Part shown: piece by piece, positions 53,799-58,747 of the stretch
Layout of the letters: every line of letters starts with the position of its first letter
How positions within the stretch are numbered: position 1 is the first letter of the stretch
Assembly: GCA_017440525.1 (NCBI GenBank)
Contig: JAFSHB010000091.1
Location: forward strand, 1-58,747
Length of the DNA: 58,747 bases
Origin: Oscillospiraceae bacterium
GTDB lineage: Bacteria > Bacillota > Clostridia > Oscillospirales > Oscillospiraceae
Direction: 5' to 3'
Made by a program: the position numbers and the translations under genes
Notes under the pieces: generated by a model
The model's database searches: none
What the model was told of the DNA's origin: nothing
The model's input: only the letters and a program-made list of their open reading frames with translations

Positions 53799-54791
53799 TC
53801 ACGGTAAGCGATCTGGAATATCTGTCCCCGGAGCCGGGACCTCCACATCTTCTGCAGCTCCCGGAAGCTCCGCCTCTGCCTGAGGCACCCGCGCTTCTTC
53901 CCACAACCGGGGATACTCCTGCTCCAGATCCTGACACAGATCATCCGACAGGGTTTTCAGCTCCGATCGCAGCAGCCCCCGCACCTGTCCGGCCCATGCC
54001 CGCAGATCGCAGCGGCTCATACCGCGCAGGTCTCGCAGTGCCCGGAACAGTGCCTCATATGGTGTCTGCTCCAGAGGCATTTGCAGAGTGATAAAGCGGG
54101 ATCTCAGCGCATCCAGAGAGCAGTCTGTCTGCGGAGTGCTCTGTGTGGGGACAGCATTGCTCTGTTCATACAGTTCCTCCAGCTCTTCCATCGTCTGCGA
54201 AAAATATCCGCTGTAAACATCCAGTTTCCCGTCATTTCCCACATCGGCATTTTCCAGCATGATGCACAGTAAGGCCAGCAGACCGGTCTCAGAGAGCATT
54301 TTTTTATTCAGGTCATGGATCCATCGAGCTTTTGCTTCACGCCGCTGCAATTCCTTGCCGGTCCTTATCCGGCATTCCTCCAGGATCTTCTGCAGCCGCT
54401 CCATGCGAATTATAAGCTCCTGCCTCATCCTCTTTTCATCGTATGGCATCCCCTCGGGCATGCGGCATTCCCGAACTCGCGCAAGACCGTCAACAATAGT
54501 CTCTTTGCCGTTCAGTTTGTTCGTCCGCTTCTTTGCAGGGACAAAGGTATGATACTTTTCCAAAAGCAGCAGGGTCTGCCGATATTCCTCCCGTGTCATC
54601 ACAGGGGCTGCCGCGGGCTTCTTTGCGTAGTCTGACCGACCGTTTCCGCGAATGCCGGTCGGCTTTCCGGCTTCTCTTTTCTCCTCATTCTCCCAATTCT
54701 GTGGGCGAATGAACTGTTCTTTGACCTTTTGGAATAAAGAAGTCTCCTTCTCTTCTCCCACATTTTTCTGCTTCCGATCTCCGTAGCTCAC
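53799..54791 (-). CDS. Hypothetical protein, charged/coiled-coil rich (operon gene 4)
   Basis: GTG start 54791 behind AGGAGG, 330 aa. I recognise no family. Confidence 0.65.
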   Translation of the reverse strand: MSYGDRKQKNVGEEKETSLFQKVKEQFIRPQNWENEEKREAGKPTGIRGNGRSDYAKKPAAAPVMTREEYRQTLLLLEKYHTFVPAKKRTNKLNGKETIVDGLARVRECRMPEGMPYDEKRMRQELIIRMERLQKILEECRIRTGKELQRREAKARWIHDLNKKMLSETGLLALLCIMLENADVGNDGKLDVYSGYFSQTMEELEELYEQSNAVPTQSTPQTDCSLDALRSRFITLQMPLEQTPYEALFRALRDLRGMSRCDLRAWAGQVRGLLRSELKTLSDDLCQDLEQEYPRLWEEARVPQAEAELPGAAEDVEVPAPGTDIPDRLP

Positions 54792-54805
54792 GGATGATTC
54801 CTCCT

Positions 54806-55984
54806 TTACGCACCGGAAAACCTGCCGGCCGGCGTGATCGAATAAGTGTGACCACTGCGCTCGATTCGCTCTGCCGCATCTCCATCATCCTCGGGGAAGC
54901 CAGCCAGCATACAGCGGATCACATCCTCTTTACTGTATGTCCCTTCATCGGATGCAAGCACCTTGCCGCTGCGATCCAGCAGAAGGATCACATCTTTCTC
55001 CGTTTTCGCGGCAGCACAGATGTCCTCCGCCTTGGCCAATCCCAGCAGATTGGAGGTCACAGTCCCATTCTTATGTACTGCGGCATATGCACCTTGCATC
55101 GTATAGATGCCCACGACATCCTGCACAGTCAGATAGTCATCACCATCGCGTACCCGTGCTTCTCCACCCCGGACACGGCAGAGATATCCTTTGTCCTGCA
55201 CGGCAAAGTCCTGCACACCCGACATATTGTTTTCCGCACTCTCTTTTTTGTTGCTGCCGTCCACACGGCAGTAGACGAACTTATCCCCCTGCGCAGCCGC
55301 GACCCAATCACCGTTGGAGCGAAGGCCGCCTCTGATACAGGTCGCCGTTCCCCCAATGGCCCACGCGGTGAGCTGCCCACCGGCAGGTATCTTGACGGTA
55401 CCGATCGCGATGCCATCCTCAGTCTCTTTGAGTTCCACAGTCTTTGCCACATCTGTATGATTGCAATATACCTGCACCCTCATATCGCCCGCAGACAGAT
55501 CGTGCTGCCGAAAGTACAAGATATCAGGGATCTTACCGCCAATGTCCACATCGGTTTTCCATCTGGAGCGCATGGCCTTTTGCAGCCGATTCGGAAAGTC
55601 AGCGAAACGCTTTGCACAAACTGCACACAGCATCACGATGCAGCAGAACGCCTTATCCCGATCCTCTGTTTCGAAGCCCTTGACAAGCGCTTCTGTATCA
55701 TTTTCGATGGCATTCAGCAGACCCTCATCCCAATAGTCCGTACCTCTGTCATAAAATGTGTCAAGAAGGTCTTTTACTGTTTCGCGCTTTCCCGCAAATA
55801 CCTTTTCCGCACGAGGGCTCGATCCTTGCAGGCCGAAGCCTTCCAAGAACCAGGTGAGCAGTGCCTTCCCCTCGTCCTCCTTTGAAAAATACTTTTCGTC
55901 TAATCCCTCAGCATCGTTCTTCAGAGCGTCCCATGTTGGCACCTCGTATGCCTGACCTTGTGCATCCTTTGTCCAGATCTCCAT
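54806..55984 (-). CDS. Hypothetical protein (operon gene 3)
   Basis: 392 aa, gaggag RBS, beta-rich Gly-rich C-terminal half. I recognise no family. Confidence 0.7.
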   Translation of the reverse strand: MEIWTKDAQGQAYEVPTWDALKNDAEGLDEKYFSKEDEGKALLTWFLEGFGLQGSSPRAEKVFAGKRETVKDLLDTFYDRGTDYWDEGLLNAIENDTEALVKGFETEDRDKAFCCIVMLCAVCAKRFADFPNRLQKAMRSRWKTDVDIGGKIPDILYFRQHDLSAGDMRVQVYCNHTDVAKTVELKETEDGIAIGTVKIPAGGQLTAWAIGGTATCIRGGLRSNGDWVAAAQGDKFVYCRVDGSNKKESAENNMSGVQDFAVQDKGYLCRVRGGEARVRDGDDYLTVQDVVGIYTMQGAYAAVHKNGTVTSNLLGLAKAEDICAAAKTEKDVILLLDRSGKVLASDEGTYSKEDVIRCMLAGFPEDDGDAAERIERSGHTYSITPAGRFSGA

Positions 55985-55999
55985 ATCATTCTCTCCTCT

Positions 56000-56926
56000 T
56001 TATTGATATTCTGTTGCCTGCTCCTGTTCCTCAAGGACAGTCTCAACGCCCTCTTCCTGTTCGGTCATCTGCACATCCTGCGCCTGCATCTCCCGAGACA
56101 GCGCCTCAGACCAGAGTTCCACCGCCCCGACATCAGCCAGCTGCGATCCGCATCTTTGCCGATCCAACTCCAAAGGCTCCTTCAGATGCTCCAGCACATC
56201 CTCTGCCATGTACGACAGCTCTATGAGCGATGCCGCACATCCGCATAGCACCGGAAATGCCGTCACATGCATATAGGCACAGGCCAATACGCTGCTGACG
56301 ACCGCAGCGGCCGCACCAAAGCCAAAGCATATGGTCTGTGCAAGGCCTCTGCTCCAAAAGCACACGGCATCAAACGAAAGATCCGGCGCGATATAAGGCG
56401 GCCGTTCCCGCTTCACCAGTGTGTAGATGCCCATAGCCAAAAGGCCCGACAAGGGCAGTACCAGAAGTTTCGCATCCTTTGACGCGGCATACCTCCGTGG
56501 GAACGCCCCATCCATCGGTGTCTTCTCCACCAGCTTCAAAAGTGCCAGATCTTCCTCCGGCCTATGGGGGCCCAACGCCTCCCGCCGTTCCAGCTTGGCA
56601 GCGATCTCTTCTTTCCGCAGGGCATCGCCATGCATGGAAGCCGCCAAGTGGCACATGCCATTGACCGTCAGGCTCGCCTCGGTCCCAAGGTCCTCCACCA
56701 GTGCCTTATACCACGCATCCTTTGACTGCACATAGCGTTCCAGCTGCGCTTCAAATTCCTGATCGATCTCCAGCAGGCGCCGCGCAAATACCGGTGCGAT
56801 ATCCTCCATTTTGACCGCGTCGGAAAATCCCCGTTCATAGATCTGCTCCAGCACCTGCGGCAGCTTCTTCTCATCTTTCGCCGCCTCGATCAATTCCGGC
56901 GTAAAGAGCTCTTCTATCCTGCTCAT
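56000..56926 (-). CDS. Hypothetical membrane protein with acidic C-terminus (operon gene 2)
   Basis: ATGA overlap with gene 1. TM segments LLVLPLSGLLAMGIYTLV and ICFGFGAAAAVVSSVLACAYMHVTAFPVLCGCAASLI. Confidence 0.7.
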   Translation of the reverse strand: MSRIEELFTPELIEAAKDEKKLPQVLEQIYERGFSDAVKMEDIAPVFARRLLEIDQEFEAQLERYVQSKDAWYKALVEDLGTEASLTVNGMCHLAASMHGDALRKEEIAAKLERREALGPHRPEEDLALLKLVEKTPMDGAFPRRYAASKDAKLLVLPLSGLLAMGIYTLVKRERPPYIAPDLSFDAVCFWSRGLAQTICFGFGAAAAVVSSVLACAYMHVTAFPVLCGCAASLIELSYMAEDVLEHLKEPLELDRQRCGSQLADVGAVELWSEALSREMQAQDVQMTEQEEGVETVLEEQEQATEYQ

Positions 56927-57996
56927 AACTCTATCATCCTTCCGTTTTCATCCGGTATGGCATCTCGTATATCAAGAAGTTCTGTATTTCTATCATCTAT
57001 GAGCAGACCGTGCAGCTTGATCAGCGCTTTCATCGGGATGATGATATCCTTATCAGATTCATACTTCTCATCATAATGAAAAAGATATTTCTTCAAGCTG
57101 CCGATCTTCTCGCACTGCACATCGTAATACAAAAGGAATGCTTTTAAATGTTCCCAATACGAATGGAGCCCATCTTCTTCCGAATGCTGCTGTATCTTGA
57201 ATACACCCACCAATGTGTCATGGTTCTTCGCGCAGATCTCGATCACACCGTCCACCGCACCATGGACGAGAGGATGAAAGCCAAACCGATGGTACAGCGC
57301 TTCACACTTGCTTCTGTCTCCCTCCGAAAGCGCGATCGCAAAGCGTGACGCCGCCTTCATGCTCATTTCTTTTTTTCTGATATTTTTGACTGTGCTCTCA
57401 CTCAATCCCAGGCAGTATGCCACATTCTGCAAATTGCACTTGGGATACTTTTCCATATACGCGCTTACAGGACTGGGAGCATCCTCAGGCACCGGCTTTC
57501 CGATGCCATAAAAGCCAAAGCCCTGCTCCAGTTCCTCTATGGAGATCTCCGGACCTTTATTTTTGTTAGGTAAGAAAGGAACTTCCAATCGTTGGACGAC
57601 CGTACGGCTGGGTCTTCTCCTCACATCGAAGAGCGTGTTTTCAAAGGTCTTTCTCGACACCTCTGTTTTATTTGCCAAATGCTCCCATTTCTTTCCGTAT
57701 GCGGATTCTTTTTTCTCCTTCTTGCCGTCAGCTTCTTTTTTCTCCAGTTCCTTCATGATCTGCGTATTTTCGATCAGCTTCAAAAACCATTGGCGCCGAC
57801 TGTCTCTGAGCTCCCTTTTTTGAGCATCGATCTCGATCGTGAGCAGATCCATGTAGTGCTTCTCGATATCGTCCTGCCAACAGCACACCAGTCCTGTCGG
57901 TGCAGAGACAGCCAGCTCCGGCTTTGTTCCCGTTCTCATACTGCCGGCGTTGTTTATATTCTCTTGTGTGATAAGTGCCTGGTCTCGAGGTAGCAT
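56923..57996 (-). CDS. Hypothetical protein with possible internal HTH (operon gene 1)
   Basis: 357 aa. The segment CNLQNVAYCLGLSESTVKNIRKK looks HTH-like. The start is uncertain. Confidence 0.6.
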   Translation of the reverse strand: MLPRDQALITQENINNAGSMRTGTKPELAVSAPTGLVCCWQDDIEKHYMDLLTIEIDAQKRELRDSRRQWFLKLIENTQIMKELEKKEADGKKEKKESAYGKKWEHLANKTEVSRKTFENTLFDVRRRPSRTVVQRLEVPFLPNKNKGPEISIEELEQGFGFYGIGKPVPEDAPSPVSAYMEKYPKCNLQNVAYCLGLSESTVKNIRKKEMSMKAASRFAIALSEGDRSKCEALYHRFGFHPLVHGAVDGVIEICAKNHDTLVGVFKIQQHSEEDGLHSYWEHLKAFLLYYDVQCEKIGSLKKYLFHYDEKYESDKDIIIPMKALIKLHGLLIDDRNTELLDIRDAIPDENGRMIEL

Positions 57997-58192
57997 ATCC
58001 GTACATCCCTTTCTGTTCCGTACAGCCTCATTATAAAACTGTTTTTTTCCAAAATCACGATAAGTGATCTAGAACGATTCTTCTGGCTGTCATCTCTTAC
58101 TTTTCCTGTATAACATTTTAAACGAATATAGTGAAAAAGCAAGAAGAATCTGATTTCGACCGTTCCCCCTCTAATACGCCCTTGCATCTGTC

Positions 58193-58230
58193 CAAAATAA
58201 AACAGGCAGTGCCCAAGCACTGCCTGTTTT
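58193..58230 (-). terminator. Intrinsic terminator after the amino-acid dehydrogenase gene
   Basis: aacaggcagtgc ccaa gcactgcctgtt, followed on the minus strand by ttattttgg. Confidence 0.7.
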
Positions 58231-58239
58231 TATGCATTT

Positions 58240-58747
58240 TTAGCCGTAGATCAGCTTCTCAGCGAAGCGGGTCGCGATAACGCCTTCGGGCTCGCCGGTC
58301 TGCTTGGACTCGGTGAGGATCTGCTCGATGGTGTTGTAGATGTTATCGACCTTGGCCAGAACAGCTTCCTTGTTGTAGGGGCCGTCGACCTCAGCTGCCG
58401 CATTGATGACGCCGCCGCCGTTGATGACGAAGTCGGGAGCATAGAAGATGCCGCGAGCCTTCAGTGCCAGACCGGAAGCCTCGTCCAGGATCTGGTTGTT
58501 GGCGCCGCCTGCGACAGCCTTGCAGCGCAGCTGGGGGATGGTGGTGGGGTTCAGGATCGCGCCCATGGCGTTGGGGGAGAAGATGTCGCATTCCTGAGAG
58601 AAGATCTCCTCGGTGGGAACGATGACAGCGCCGAACTCGTCGGCGGCCTTCTCAGCCATAGCCTTGTTGCTGCGGTTTGCAACGATCAGCTTGGCGCCGG
58701 AGTTATGCAGATGACGGCACAGATCGTAGCCGACCTTGCCCAGGCCC
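58240..58747 (-). CDS. Glu/Leu/Phe/Val dehydrogenase-family enzyme (leucine-dehydrogenase-like), N-terminal part outside the window
   Basis: The frame stays open to the window edge: ..GLGKVGYDLCRHLHNSGAKLIVANRSNKAMAEKAADEFGA..AGGANNQ..APDFVINGGGVI.., typical of the NAD-binding domain of this family. Confidence 0.78.
   Translation of the reverse strand, partial: GLGKVGYDLCRHLHNSGAKLIVANRSNKAMAEKAADEFGAVIVPTEEIFSQECDIFSPNAMGAILNPTTIPQLRCKAVAGGANNQILDEASGLALKARGIFYAPDFVINGGGVINAAAEVDGPYNKEAVLAKVDNIYNTIEQILTESKQTGEPEGVIATRFAEKLIYG

Overview
This is a 58.7-kb, GC-rich, gene-dense chromosomal window. It most likely comes from an anaerobic Gram-positive, Clostridia-type bacterium; that is an inference from acsC/acsD/cooC/cooT, NiaR, an L-box riboswitch, GGAGG-type RBSs and a lipobox solute-binding protein. 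Left to right: (i) The end of a Wood-Ljungdahl acs cluster (acsC partial, acsD, cooC) plus a Ni-handling trio (small ORF, CooT, His-rich protein). (ii) tRNA-Ala(GGC) carrying a ~6.9-kb integrated island bounded by a perfect 51-bp direct repeat of the tRNA 3' half. The island holds a tyrosine integrase, a WYL regulator coupled to a HEPN-motif protein, a fused EtfB-EtfA, a TetR regulator and a small serine recombinase. (iii) An accessory stretch with an XRE regulator, a TAG-interrupted DUF1273/SLOG gene, dcm-vsr, a DEDDh exonuclease and a VWA / LRR / MoxR-AAA operon. (iv) A lysine-riboswitch-controlled NhaC-family transporter. (v) An ~18-kb minus-strand carbohydrate locus: ABC uptake genes without an ATPase gene, MFS, AEC, two kinases, several isomerase-type enzymes, three amidohydrolase_2 paralogs and DeoR. 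(vi) An AGCS symporter / OCD-family / FadR operon, small membrane proteins, NiaR and an SDR. (vii) An XRE-HTH::AlaA-type aminotransferase fusion broken by an in-frame TGA. (viii) Phosphatase-like and LRR genes, then a seven-gene operon built around a membrane-anchored Hsp70/actin-fold ATPase and a classical AAA+ ATPase, with five proteins I cannot assign to any family. This operon is my top candidate for an undescribed system; the WYL+HEPN pair on the tRNA island is second. (ix) The 3' part of a Leu/Val-type amino-acid dehydrogenase. I saw no rRNA, CRISPR array or transposase. All homology calls come from reading the translations; no database search was run.
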